This document shows positions 1 to 12,023 of a stretch of DNA of 64,000 bases, one piece after another. The translations under genes were made by a program, and so were the position numbers. Every line of letters begins with the position of its first letter. Position 1 is the first letter of the stretch. Below the pieces are notes generated by a model that made no database searches, was not told where the DNA came from, and saw only the letters and a program-made list of their open reading frames with translations. The stretch comes from Octopus vulgaris (taxonomy: Eukaryota), in NCBI GenBank assembly GCA_951406725.2, contig OX597815.1, positions 205,902,001 to 205,966,000 on the forward strand, read 5' to 3'.

Positions 1-1004
1 AGAGATACAGAGGCACAACCCGAGACACAACCCAAAGAGAGGCAACAACTGGCAACACTGGCTTATATATTCAAACAACAGTTTATACGACAATCACAAT
101 TGTTACAACATCAAATACATTTAAGGCAGACATTTAAAGGAAGACATGCACGTGACTACTCAATACATAATACAACATCATGTAACAATATATCAGTCCG
201 GAGACGCAACAAGTCATATACAGTATTTCAAAGGTACACGTCCGAAGACACAGTTCTCTAAAGTCTCTTTTTCTAAACATCACAAATAACAAGTCCTTTA
301 CTCTTCTTCTTCACAATGTCCTTTATCGACCACATCGACAGAGTCCTTGACTGTTCAATACAAAAATCACATACCTCAGTTCCTAATTGAATCTGCCAGT
401 GTCCCATTCCTCTCAATACTGCTAATTCCTCTGAATACTGCTAATTCCCTTCTGTGCCGCCAAGCTTTCTCGCATCCAACTTGCTCCTAAGAATTCCAAC
501 GCTTGTTCCTTAAATCCAAGGTTCCATCCACTCGCTCTGACCTCCAGAGTCCGTCCGTGTTCCTCGACGACCGCTCAACGACTGCCCAGAACCTCACTTC
601 CTTGTCCTGACTTCCACTCCCTCATCTCCCTCTGTCTATATCGCTCCTACCCTTTCTAACTGCTCTCTGATTCCTTACTCTATCTATATCGCCTCAATCC
701 CTTAGCCTCTCTATCTGTCCCTTACTGCTTATCCTTTCTATTTGCCCTCTGCTCTTACTCTATCGCTATCGCCTGCCAGACTCTTAGCCTCTCCATCCGT
801 CCCTTACTGCTTATACTCTATCTCTATTTGCTCTCAGCCCTTAATCTGTCCCTTTTCTTTCACATTCTCCTGACCCTCTTCTCAACCGCACGAGGTCACA
901 GGTCATTCCAAAACCCATTAGTCCTCCATTAGACAAAAGACTGTCACATTTTCACCAGACATACTGGAACCATATCCACGATGTGGGTCACCAGAAACAC
1001 TACA
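1..1004 (-). mobile_element. Probable LTR of an LTR retrotransposon, truncated by the window edge
   Basis: Non-coding segment compositionally distinct from its flank, with internal degenerate tandem units (ccttactgcttat-like, 600-850). Ends in ...CACTACA at 1004 (TGTAGTG on minus, a TG LTR terminus). No gag/pol and no second LTR seen. Confidence 0.4.
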
Positions 1005-1102
1005 CTAATTAAACCCGAAATGCACTTAGCCAACCGTAACATTTCAAATGTTTGCAGAAATGGAACTGCATATAAGAAACACTAAACCATATTGTACAGC
1101 TT

Positions 1103-1675
1103 AATTGTGATCGAAATCGAGCAAAATCGAAATCGAATTGAACCAGCCAGGATCCCTGGTCTGGTGGTACGTAAAAAGCACTATCCGACTCGTGGCTGAT
1201 GCCAGCGCCGCCTCCTGGCTTCCGTGCCGGTGGCACGTAAAATACACCAATCCGACCGTACGACAGGCACCCATGCCAACCCCCTTTGCTTGCGAAGACA
1301 TGTTGGGGCAAGCGAAATCGAAATCGAATTGAACCAGCCAGGATCCCTGGTCTGGTGGTACGTAAAAAGCACTATCCGACTCGTGGCCGATGCCAGCACC
1401 GCCTCGACTGGCTTCCGTGCCGGTGGCACATAAAATACACCAATCCGACCGTGGCCGTTGCCAGCCTCGCCTGGCACCTGTGCAGGTGGCACGTAAAAAG
1501 CACCCACTACACTCACGGAGTGGTTGGCGTTAGGAAGGGCATCCAGCTGTAGAAACATTGCCAGATAAGACTGGAGCCTGGTGCAGCCTTCTGGCTTCCC
1601 AGATCCCCGGTCGAACCGTCCAACCCATGCTAGCATGGAGAACAGACGTTAAACGATGATGATGATGATGATGAT
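1103..1675 (+). mobile_element. 5'-truncated RTE LINE 3' UTR copy (family C) with internal ~190-bp tandem duplication
   Basis: Carries ggcgttaggaagggcatccagctgtagaaac...cccatgctagcatgg...gacgttaaac(gat)n. The block aatcgaattgaaccagccaggatccctgg occurs twice (~1131, ~1322). Same 3' end as the RTE-coding copy at 39.9-40.9 kb. Confidence 0.8.
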
Positions 1676-2138
1676 ACCTCTAGAGAAAAAAAGACTGTTA
1701 ATGCTTATTTTATGGTGTGTGAATGTATCTGGATATCCATAAATGTTTACATGTGATTTAATTACATTGTGTATATGCATGAATATAACTTTGCTAATAT
1801 CTAACGTTTATGTAAATATTTAAACGATTGATTAGATTTATATGTGTATTTGAGTTTGCTTTTAATAATTAGGTACATGAAATAGTGATATTTCTATAAG
1901 TAATAAATTAGACTGTAATGTGGTGGGAAATCAACAACTGAAAACTAACTCAAGTGACTCTTGTAACTGTTTGCCTTTAGCAGTGTTTCATTAACGAGCT
2001 ACCAGCTAATTGATTGTTGCTAACAGAAGTGTGAGTACGACTATACATGCTGCTGTGTCTATATATTCTTTTTAATGTATTATTATATAGTTTTAAAGCC
2101 ATAATTTTATAGAAGCATAAAATCTATATATATATATA

Positions 2139-2549
2139 GGTGCAGGAGTGGCTGTGTGGTAAGTAGCTTGCTTACCAACCACATGGTTCCGGGTACAGTC
2201 CCACTGCGTGGCACCTTGGGCAAGTGTCTTCTACTATAGCCTCGGGCCGACCAAAGCCTTGTGAGTGGATTTGGTAGATGGAAACTGAAAAGAAGCCCGT
2301 CGTATATATGTATATATATATATCTATGCATGTGTGTGTTTGTGTGTCTGTGTTTGTCCCCCTAGCATTGCTTGACAACCGATGCTGGTGTGTTTATGTC
2401 CCCATTACTTAGCGGTTCGGCAAAAGAGACCAATAGAATAAGTACTGGGCTTACAAAAGAATAAGTCCCGGGGTCGAGTTGATCGATTAAGGGCGGTGCT
2501 CCAGCATGGCCGCAGTCAAATGACTGAAACAAGTAAAAGAGTAAAAGAG
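2139..2549 (+). mobile_element. tRNA-derived SINE family A
   Basis: A-box-like TGGCTGTGTGG, B-box-like GGT(T/A)CAGTCCC, CORE-like accttgggcaagtgtc, central (TA)/(TG) tract, (GTAAAAGA)n tail. More than 12 copies in the window. Confidence 0.9.
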
Positions 2550-2865
2550 TATATATAAACGGCAAAATGTCTGCGTGCGTGTCCTTCCACAATTTTTCAG
2601 CTAGAGGGCTCGCACTTTCTATGGTCATTCAAAACCGGCCAAGGGTGGTCGTGCACATCTTTACATTTCCCCAGTCACCCCGCAAAGCCATTAAAAAATC
2701 GATAGAAGTGACTTTTTTGTGAATTTTCTATCCAAAACCCAATCAAAATGCCCGAAACTTGATACGCCAATTGAATGCCAGCTAGCTGTATGTGATTGGT
2801 CGGAGATTTGGACAGTACTCGCGTGTATGTGCACACGCACACAACTGTATATGCATACACTAGCA

Positions 2866-3084
2866 CAGTGGTTTTCAACCAGGGTTCCGCAGAACCTTAG
2901 GGTTCCGCCAGTACAGTCCAGGGGTTCCGCAAGAAGTTACAAAACTGCTAAAATCGGCAGTAATTTTTAATTCTCCTGTGCAGATATGTGTGCATAAGAC
3001 TATTAAATTATTGCACAGGGGTTCCTCGAGCCAGTGGAATGCTTCCTTGGGGTTCCGCTCCAGCAAAAAGTTTGAAAAGCACTG
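2866..3084. mobile_element. hAT (Charlie-like) MITE, 219 bp
   Basis: TIRs cagtggttttcaacc / gtttgaaaagcactg; 8-bp TSD CACTAGCA (2858-2865, 3085-3092); near-identical copy at 19969-20187. Confidence 0.9.
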
Positions 3085-3989
3085 CACTAGCACTATGACC
3101 CGCCGTTGCTGGGTCATAGTGCTAGTTGAGTATATTGTGATGATGTCCATACCTTTCAAGAACGGTATTACAAGTATAAATGAGAACTGTCTCTAACCAG
3201 CAATTGGAACTACCTTGCAAAATGAGCTCATTAACTGCTGGTCCCTTACTCTGTAGTAATCATTGTGTTTTTATTATTATTTAATTTGAGGCTGGGTTAT
3301 ACTGTTAGCCTTTTTATTTTCTTAGAGTTAAAGACAAGTACTTACAAATAGTTAATGCAACGTGTATTTAGTAGTCTGAGCGTTTGATTGGGAGTTGAAG
3401 AAGAACTGGCTGAGAAAGGACTGGGGAAAGAAAAGTGCTTAGTGAGAAGTTTAATGTTTGGAACAACTAAATGAGCAACAAAACAGAATGGAATTAATTG
3501 GAGTTAATGTATAGAGTTAGTGAGTTATGGGGACAAAGCTGGTGTAGCACAGTGGAAATAATAGAGAAATGTCACATCTTGATTTATGAAAAGTGTTCAT
3601 GAATTAAAAAATGTTTATAAACATTTTATTTAAAGTTGGCATATCTCTGTCTCTTTCCATCACTATTTTGGTTTATTGTTTTGTAGACATTCCTTGTTGC
3701 TATGGGTTTTGAATATTCGATAAATGGGGAAATTATCCATCTTAATACCCATTGTAGTTGAAGTTGAGAATTCTCTCCTCAGCCCTCACATTTTCAACTA
3801 AGGGGTTTTCTTAGAATTCTGGTTATCTCTTTTTATTCTCTGTGTTGATGACATATTCATGTAAGTTCTTACTATGTACCCCGAGAAAGACATTACAGTA
3901 CACTGAACACCCCCCACAACTTCAGCACCATTTAACTGAGATGCACGTCTTTCATAAAAAGGGACTTTCAATCTATCTTTCGACAAACA

Positions 3990-4168
3990 GGTGCAGGAGT
4001 GGCTGTGTGGTAAGTAGCTTGCTTACCAACCACATGGTTCCGGGTTCAGTCCCACTGTGTGGCATCTTGGGCAAGTGTCTTCTGCTATAGCCCTGGGCCG
4101 ACCAATGCCTTGTGAGTTGTTTTTGTAGACTGAAACTGACAGAAGCCTGTCGTATATATTTATATATG

Positions 4169-4218
<50 letters not shown>

Positions 4219-4450
4219 CGTGTGTGTTTGTGTGTGTGTTTGTCCCCCTACCATTGCTTGACAACCGATGCTGGTGTGTTTACGTCCCTGTCACTTAGCG
4301 GGTCTGCAAAAGAGACCGATATAATAAGTACTGGGCTTACAAAGGAATAAGTCCCGGGGTCGATTTGCTTGGCTAAAGGCGGTGCTCCAGCATGGCCACA
4401 GTCAAATGACTGAAACAAGTAAAAAGAGTAAAAAGAGAGAGTAAGAGTAA
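3990..4450 (+). mobile_element. SINE family A
   Basis: Full head-to-tail match to 2139-2549. Confidence 0.9.
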
Positions 4451-4599
4451 ACATAAGACAGCCTACTCATATCTCAGATATGTAGCTATGTCATGCTATT
4501 TGTTCCTTTAAAAATACTCTGACCTCTCTTGACAGTCACCTTTTAAATGTATTGACATTATCTTACTATGTATATTCTCCAATCTCTCAAACTGAATTT

Positions 4600-5000
4600 A
4601 AGGCTCAATCCTGTATACAGTGTCACTGAGACAGGAGGGAAAGATGTAAGCTGCACGTGTGAGAAGTGTTCAGATGTATGAAAGTAAGTAACGGATGCAG
4701 AGTAGCAGAAAAATCTTGACAGATCAGAAATGAAAATGGTTTGGTGGATGAGCAGAGTTTTACTGAGAAGGAGAAAGACAAATGAATTTTTGCAGTGAAT
4801 GATGGGAATTGAACCAACGGTAGATGTTTTGTAAAAAAAATGGGATAAGATAGTTGAGTCATGTGCTGAAGAAGGATGGAATTGACTCGGTGGGAGGATG
4901 TAAAGGGAAGTGGTGGGCATCAAAGGCAGAGGAAGACAAAGCTGAAGATGATGGAAGAAGAAATGAGAGGCAGTAGAAAGTGAGGAACAAAGAGAATAAG
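4600..5000 (+). mobile_element. Decayed RTE LINE C-terminal fragment
   Basis: Interrupted translation contains RSEMKMVWWMS..., (W)LSHVLKKDG and KGRGRQ, resembling the RTE C-terminal W.GHV.R and GRP..W motifs. Confidence 0.5.
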
Positions 5001-5139
5001 GCAAAATGGAACGGATTATCATGGGGCTCAGAAGACTGTCCCTTACTTTAGCAGGGAAAAATTATCATAAAATGTTTGTTGTTGTATCATGTCTTGGATA
5101 CAGTTTCTGAGAATATGAGATGAGCATGTCTGGAATATA

Positions 5140-5358
5140 CTCTCTTTTACTCTCTTTTACTTGTTTCAGTCATTTGACTATGGCCATGCTGGAGCACCAC
5201 CTTTAGTCAAGCAAATCGACCCCATGACTTTTTCTTTGTAAGCCTAGTACTTATTTTATCTGTCTCTTTTGCCGAACCGCTAAGTTACAGGGGCGTAAAC
5301 ACACCAGCATCAGTTGTCAAGTGATGTTGGGGGGACAAACACAGACACGCAAACATAT

Positions 5359-5389
<31 letters not shown>

Positions 5390-5550
5390 CATATATACAA
5401 CAGGCTTCTTTCAGTTTCTGTCTACCAAATCCACTCACAAGGTTTTGGTCGGCCTGAGGCTATAGTAGAAGTGACTTGCCCAAGGTGCCATGCAGTGGGA
5501 CTGAACCCAGAACTATGTGGTTGGTTAGCAAGCTACTTACCACACAGCCA
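5140..5550 (-). mobile_element. SINE family A
   Basis: Reverse-complement match to family A. Confidence 0.9.
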
Positions 5551-5913
5551 TAAGTTTACTTGATCAGGTTGACCTGAGATAAAACAAAAATAATGACAAA
5601 AGTTACTTTTGATTTCTGTAGCTTATTTTCTGGGCCTTTTCGGTAATCTTGCCGAACCATTTACACTTACATAATCTCTTGTGTAAAGAGCAAGACAGCA
5701 ATATAAAAGAAAAAAATCAAGAATGTATTCCATCCTACAAGAACTATCTATAAATTATACTGCAAAGAGTTTGCAACCATCTTGGAATATATACTATATA
5801 ATTTCATCTAGCATTATGGCTTGAAATAATAGGCAAGAAAACCAATTTCAGGAACGCCATGTAAAATGCAATGCTGTGAAAGTCAGTCTGTGGTTATTTC
5901 TAACTCTTGGATA

Positions 5914-6311
5914 TCTTTATTTATAAAAGTCAAGTTGTGCGTCTGTCTCCTACGATTTAGATTCCTAACTACTCCCACATTTTGCGATGCAGTTTAACCA
6001 AAACCGAGTATCTTATAGTCGTGATTCATATCGAGCCCTTCTAGGTATTAGCGCGTGTCTACGATGAGTCTACGATTTAAAAAAACATTTACCATAATTT
6101 TTTTCCATTTTAATGCATTTTTTTCGATATCATATAAGGGAAGTAACTCTCTAAAAATGTCTACGATGAGTCAATGATTTAAAAAAAAAATTACCATAAT
6201 TTTTTTCCATTTTTAATGCATTTTTTTGCTATTTTTTGGCTATAACTCTCTAAAAATGTTTATATAGTTATTTCCCTTACAAACCCGAGCAACGCCGGGC
6301 AATACTGCTAG
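5914..6311 (+). mobile_element. Non-autonomous Helitron
   Basis: A|TC start; 3' hairpin cccgagcaacgccggg then CTAG|T at 6308-6312. 3' ~110 bp shared with 19178-19560; internal ~110-bp duplication. Confidence 0.85.
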
Positions 6312-6438
6312 TTTTGCATAAAAACAAATGAATGTAGTGACATTTAGTGCTGTTTTCCTTTCTAGAATGCTGAGTAATTTCAAAAAGACCATACATTGCA
6401 GAATATCAAATTATCCTAAAATGTGTTTCTTATTCAGA

Positions 6439-6705
6439 ATGAATGCACCACAACTACCTCCTATTGGCCAAGCCCATGATTCGCATTATCAAGGAATTTC
6501 CCAACTTGATACAATTGAAGGTCGCTTACAGCAGCAAGAGCGATTGTCAGAAGTCCTGATTAATCAAGCTTTGAAAATTAAGGAAGAAATCCTCCAAGAA
6601 TTAAGAGATGGTTCTGGTGCAAAAGTGCAACCGGCTAAACTGATGCTTAAGGAACATATTGCCATGATAACAAATGTTGTCAACAGTTTGAATCATGATA
6701 TACAG
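6439..6705 (+). CDS. FAM81A: FAM81A-like coiled-coil protein, first recognised coding exon (MNAPQLPP...LKEHIAMITNVVNSLNHDIQ)
   Basis: Acceptor ttcttattcAG (6436-6437), ATG at 6439, donor CAG|GTAATT at 6706; 89 codons, phase 0. LDTIEGRLQQQERLSEVLINQALKIKEEI and LKEHIAMITNVVNSLNHDIQ resemble the FAM81 N-terminus (recognised from memory, not searched). The ATG may be internal if an upstream coding exon exists. Confidence 0.85.
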
Positions 6706-7226
6706 GTAATTGTTTTAATCACTAAAGTTTCGTTGACCTAATTTGCTTCTATAAAACAACTTAGTGGCCTTGGCCTGCGACATAAAAGAAAGTAACATGA
6801 TACGAAGCATGTTTGCTTTAGTCTGTTATTCCAAAAAAAAGTTAATAACCAATAAAAAAGCACTCTGAAGATATGTGAAGTTCTCAATAAGGCATTGGTG
6901 AAGGACACTTGATGTTCAAAGAAATAAATCCTGATACATTTAAGTAGTTGCTATATTAACAGTAAACGGTAGCACAATTCATGCCTTAAAAGAGCTCTCT
7001 CTCTCATTCTCTGTCTCTGTCTCTGTCTCTCGCTCTCTCTCTCTCTCAAAACCCACAAAAATTCAGAAATACCTCTGCCCCCCTTTTTTTCTATTCCTGT
7101 TACTAATCTGTTATAAACAGGGAATCCATTAAAATAATCTTATAAACTGAACCAGAATTTTAGCACTTGATGATGTCACCAGGAAGCAAAACCATAGTAC
7201 TGAAATTACTCTACTTATGAACAATA

Positions 7227-7259
<33 letters not shown>

Positions 7260-7421
7260 TACATCTGTTTTCCATGCTGTCATAGGTTGGATGGTTTGAC
7301 AGGATCCTGTGAACTACACGGCTGCACCAAGCTTCAGTGTTGCTTTGGCATGGTTTAGTTGGATGCCCTTCCTAATACCACTACCTTTCCTAATGCCATT
7401 TCTGAAAATTTATTTAAAGAT

Positions 7422-7782
7422 AGGAGTGGCTGTGTGGTAAGTAGCTTGTTTACCAACCACATGGTTCCGGGTTCAGTCCCACTGCGTGGCACCTTGGTCA
7501 AGTGTCTTCTACTATAGCCTCGGGCTGACCAAAGCCTTGTGAGTGGATTTGGTAGACGGAAACTGAAAGAAGCCTTGTCTGTGTTTGTCCCCCTAGCATT
7601 GCTTGACAACCGATGTTGGTGTGTTTATGTCCCTGTCACTTAGCTGTTCAGCAAAAGAGAACGATAGAATAAGTACTGGGCTTACAAAAGAATAAGTCCT
7701 GGGGTCGAGTTGCTCGATTAAAGGCGGTGCTCCAGCATGGCCGCAGTCAAATGACTGAAACAAGTAAAAGAGTAAAAGAGTA
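7422..7782 (+). mobile_element. SINE family A lacking the central microsatellite
   Basis: Head and tail match family A; gaagcc joins directly to ttgtctgtgtttg. Confidence 0.9.
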
Positions 7783-8549
7783 ATCTAACTTTATCCTCTC
7801 CTTTCTTATGAACAACAAAAACTAAAACCATTACAAACTTCACAAATAATATCCCTGCTGCCCACCTTAATTTGCCATGACCTATCATAACAGTTATACA
7901 TTTATAACATGGCCTAATTAATGTCCCAACAATTAGCTTTCTTCTTCCAATCAATAAATTACCTCAATCCTGAACAGCTACTGACTTTTGACAAGCCCCA
8001 AGTGTAGGTCACATTAAAATAATACTCACATACTCCTGGAATGGTACAGCTTCTACCCACCCAAACATTCAGGATTGCATCCCAAAATGACCATCTGGCC
8101 AACCATTCTGTTGTGTTCTTTCTCTGACTCTTCTACCATTACTACAACAGGGTGTAATTTCATTGCTCAACTTCTCTCTTTTATTATTCCTTGCATCCTG
8201 TCTCACAAATCTATCTTAAACAATTTGCTTATCCCTAAAATTGCGATTCCCTGGAAATTCCTCTTTGACAAATTTTTCCCCACAGACATCAAGATGAACA
8301 TCAATAGCGTCAACTTCATCTGTCTGGAAAGGCACGTAGAAAGTGTAGGATGTGACCTGTCTCATACTAAATAATAAAACAAATCTTTTACGTCGGTCCT
8401 ATAAACTTCACTTAGTTAAATTTTTGTGATAAATTCTGGATTTTGTCTTTTCTTCCAAGTTATATTTCTACCCAGAATATCTTTTAACCCATATCAAAAC
8501 CAAGATGTATTTTCCTCAAAGCTCACATATCTGGTATTGTATATAAACA

Positions 8550-8952
8550 GGCGCAGGAGTGGCTGTGTGGTAAGTAGCTTGTTTACCAACCACATGGTTC
8601 TGGGTTCAGTCCCACTGCGTGGCACCTTGGTCAAGTGTCTTCTACTATAGCCTTGGGCCGACCAAAGCCTTGTGAGTGGATTTGGTAGACGGAAACTGAA
8701 AGAAGCCCATCGTATATATGTATATATATGCGTGTGTGTGTTTGTGTGTTTGTGTTTGTCCCCCTAGCATTGCTTGACAACCGATGCTGGTGTGTTTATG
8801 TCCCCGTCACTTAGCGGTTTGGCAAAAGAGACCAATAGAATAAGTACTGGGCTTACAAACGAATAAGTCCCAGTGCCGAGTTGCTCGATTAAAGGCGGTG
8901 CTCCAGCATGGCCGTAGTCAAATGACTGAAACAAGTAAAAGAGTAAAAGAGT
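8550..8952 (+). mobile_element. SINE family A
   Basis: Full match to family A. Confidence 0.9.
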
Positions 8953-9587
8953 ATATACATCTTGTAAAAAATCACAACATGAAAGACAAGCTAACATTCA
9001 CTAAAATTAAACTATTTGCCCTCTGTTGAATTTCATATTCTTTTTATCAGATGTTCCTTTGAACGGTTATCATTTAGTAGTTAGAAATTCTAGATTGAAA
9101 TTCTTGAAGAGGGAACATCTGAGTAACAAGAGTTGGTCAAAAGTTTTTACATGAACTCTAGATACTGAGAAACTTTAAAAATTGACAAACTTACATTAAA
9201 GTTGGAATACTGTTAGCTCAGACTAATTTTTAGTAACTTTAATCTCAAATCCTTTTAGTTTGTAAAAGGAGCTAAAAGTGGTAGAAAAGCATTAGAAATA
9301 TGTATCATAATTTACATTGAATATAACCTTTACTAGTTCATCATTGGTCAGCTCTTGTTAATTTCCAGTATTTTTCAGTCAATTTCTTAGCGTCCGTCTT
9401 CATTATATCTTTGTATTCTCTCATAGTTTTTGATCTGATATTTTCAGTTTCATTCCTTATCACAGTTTTAGCTTGTCCTAACACAAATTATCATTTGTTT
9501 CCACATCTCTCCAGCTATTCCAAATTAGTCCAGTCTTTCCAGCAGATACATGCAGATGATTATTTCCTATTTAAAACAAATGATAAG

Positions 9588-9893
9588 GTAGTGGAGAGGG
9601 GGGGCTCCAAAAGGGGTGTCAGGGAGTAACGTCCCTGCCTTCCTGAGCTAGTTTGGTCTTGGGACCACTCATGTCTAGAAACTGAGGTTGGAGGTAAGCA
9701 AGGGCATGCTCCCCATAGAAAATCCAGCTCCAAAAAAGCCTCATGATAGCAAAGGAGAATGGGCACCAGTCAGCAGCCAGCCCAAAAGTTGGGGTGGGCT
9801 TCATCTGGCTACCTTGGTTGCTATGGCATTGAGGTAGATCTGGCCACTCCCGTTAAAGGGGACAAAACCCGGATTTAAAACACAGGATGATGA
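9588..9893 (+). mobile_element. 5'-truncated non-LTR retroposon 3' end with (GAT)n tail
   Basis: GC-rich island ending ggatgatgatg, flanked by atgataag direct repeats; gcaagggcatgctccccatagaa resembles the family C motif. Confidence 0.5.
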
Positions 9894-10063
9894 TGATAAG
9901 CAAACTGACTCCAATTTCTGCAACAGAAGAGACTCAAGTTGTTTCTTCCACATTTTTCTTTATCCAATCAAACAACATCAACAACTTTTCTAAAATTTCT
10001 TTTCTAACATCTATTATTTAAACATAAGCATTTCACTCTTCTGACATGCTTCTAATCTTAATA

Positions 10064-10811
10064 CAGTTGAAAAAATTCTTTATTTAAAATTTCAGAATCT
10101 GAAGACCTCCAAAATTTGGAAGTTTTTGAAGCAATCGGGAGGCAATCATTACTTCTACATTACTCTATCAATAAAAATGCTTACCTTTTCTCAGTTTTCA
10201 TTTTATTTACCTAAAATCATGCTCAATGCTTTGTTTTATATGTTACTTAAAACCTAATATCAGTATAGTAAATCCATGCAAATAAGGTATGTGTATCTTT
10301 TAATCTTTTCTACTATCAGCACAAAACCAGAAATTTGTGGGGTCGGGGAGGGGTTAGTTGATGAAATCAACACCAGTATTTAACTGGTACTTGTTTTATT
10401 CACTTCAAAAGGATGAAAGGCAGTTGTCCATGGCAGAATTTGAACTCAAAATGTAAAGATGGACAAAGCACCTCTAAGAATTTTATCTGGCATGCCAACG
10501 ATCTGCCAGCTCACTGCCCTCTGTAATCTTTTAATTAAAACATGACATGGTAGGTGGAGACTGATATCTTTTTTTTTTTTTTATGGTATTATGTATAGAT
10601 AAATTTATCAAAAAATTATATAAAACTATATTCAGGGCTTATGTATAAACTATATTATGAAATGCAAATGGATATTGTGTTTAGAGTTGGGTTCCATCCT
10701 GAAGCTGTCCCATTTTATAGTTGCAAATATAAAAATACTTTGAAATCCAAAAACATCTGAAATCTGCAACATTTTCAGTCCCAGGAATGTGAGATAAAGT
10801 ATTCTCAACTG
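10064..10811. mobile_element. Tigger/pogo-like MITE with nested family B SINE (~10310-10520, minus)
   Basis: TA|cagttga...tcaactg|TA termini; subterminal ccaaaaacatctgaaatctgcaacattttcagtcccag resembles Tigger ends. Confidence 0.6.
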
Positions 10812-12023
10812 TAGTATAGCACAGTTATTGTGTTTGTAAACAAGTGTACCAGAAATGGTGACTAGAGAATTAGAAAAGTACATCTGTTATTACAATAAAG
10901 GAACAGTCAAGTTCATAGCAAGAAGACTAATTCTATGTCTTGTTAGTTCTCCGCTGAATGTGAATAGAAGTGTTGTTCACTGGTTGAACTGGTAGAGCAC
11001 CAAAGTAAACACCCTGCAGATCTTAGTTATGTTCCTTTAGGTTTTGAGTTCAAATCATCCTAAGGTCAGTTTTGCTATTCATCCCTCTGGGGATGATAAT
11101 ATAAAGAACAAGTCAAGTGCTGGAGTTGATGTGATCAACTATAGTCCTATCCTAAATTTGTAGTCTTGGACCTAGATAAGAAATCATTATTTGTTTCACA
11201 TTCACCTTGTGCATGTGTGATTGATAACTATGCTATACTACGGTCGAGAATACTTTGTTTTGCATCCCTGGGACTGAAAGTGTTGCAGATTTTAGATGTT
11301 TTTGGCTGTGCGATTAAGGATCTTGCTTCCCAGCCATCTGGTCTTGGGTTCAGTCCTCTTGTACAGCACCATGTGAAAATAACTTTTACTATACTCTTAG
11401 GCCAACCAAAACCTTGTGAGAGGAAATTGTAGATGGAAACTGGAAGAAGCCTATCACACACACACGCACACTCACACACACACACACACACACAAATATA
11501 TGTGTATGTATAAGTTGTGTGGTAAGAAGCTTGCTTCCCAACCACATGGTTCCAAGGTCAAACCTTTGACTTTCATCCCTTTGATGAAATAAAGTATCAG
11601 TCAAGTACTGGGGATTGATGTAATTGACATGTGATATCTCCTCAAAATTGCAGGGCTTGGACCCTACAATGGATCAACATCCTGTTCAGGAAGAATGTTG
11701 TGATTTTGGTGTCTTATATGCCATGAAAATTGAGTAAGTGGCATATGAGTTGAAGGCCTCGTGAAAAAAAAATGTAATTTAATGCAGGGAAATAATTACG
11801 CAGTGAATAAAAAATGAACAAAACAATTTCAGGCACAAGACTACAAATTTAAGGTAGGACTATAGTTGATCACATCAATTCCAGCACTTGACTTGTTCTT
11901 TATATTATCATCCCCAGAGGAATGAATAGCAACACTGACCTTAGGATGATTTGAACTCAAAACCTAAAGGAACATAACTAAAAATATTAGGTTTATAAGC
12001 CCCTAACATTCACTCTATAATTG

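Larger units (their letters stand above)
2123..3125 (+). mobile_element. Non-autonomous Helitron with nested SINE and hAT MITE
   Basis: A|TC 5' end at 2123, resuming as tatataaacggcaaaatgtctg after the SINE. 3' hairpin 3086-3126 ends CTAG|T. No TSD. Confidence 0.7.

Noticed and set aside
1009-1636. Recurring ORFs such as MLAWVGRF...FLQLDALPNANHS and YQIHSQG...EDTCPRCH as a protein family
   Set aside because: Chance frames in the RTE 3' UTR (family C) and SINE A; frames and stops differ between copies.
2139-2215. tRNA genes at SINE heads (also 12024, 46430-46503, 62300-62380)
   Set aside because: A and B boxes are present, but the heads continue into SINE bodies with tails or TSDs, have no intact cloverleaf and no poly-T terminator.
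3696-3710. X-box at gttgctatgggttt (similar at ~9837)
   Set aside because: Only a half-site match; expected by chance.
6328-6437. N-terminal extension of the 137-aa ORF and its read-through to 6741
   Set aside because: A good acceptor at 6437 and donor at 6706 bound the homologous part; the flanks look intronic.
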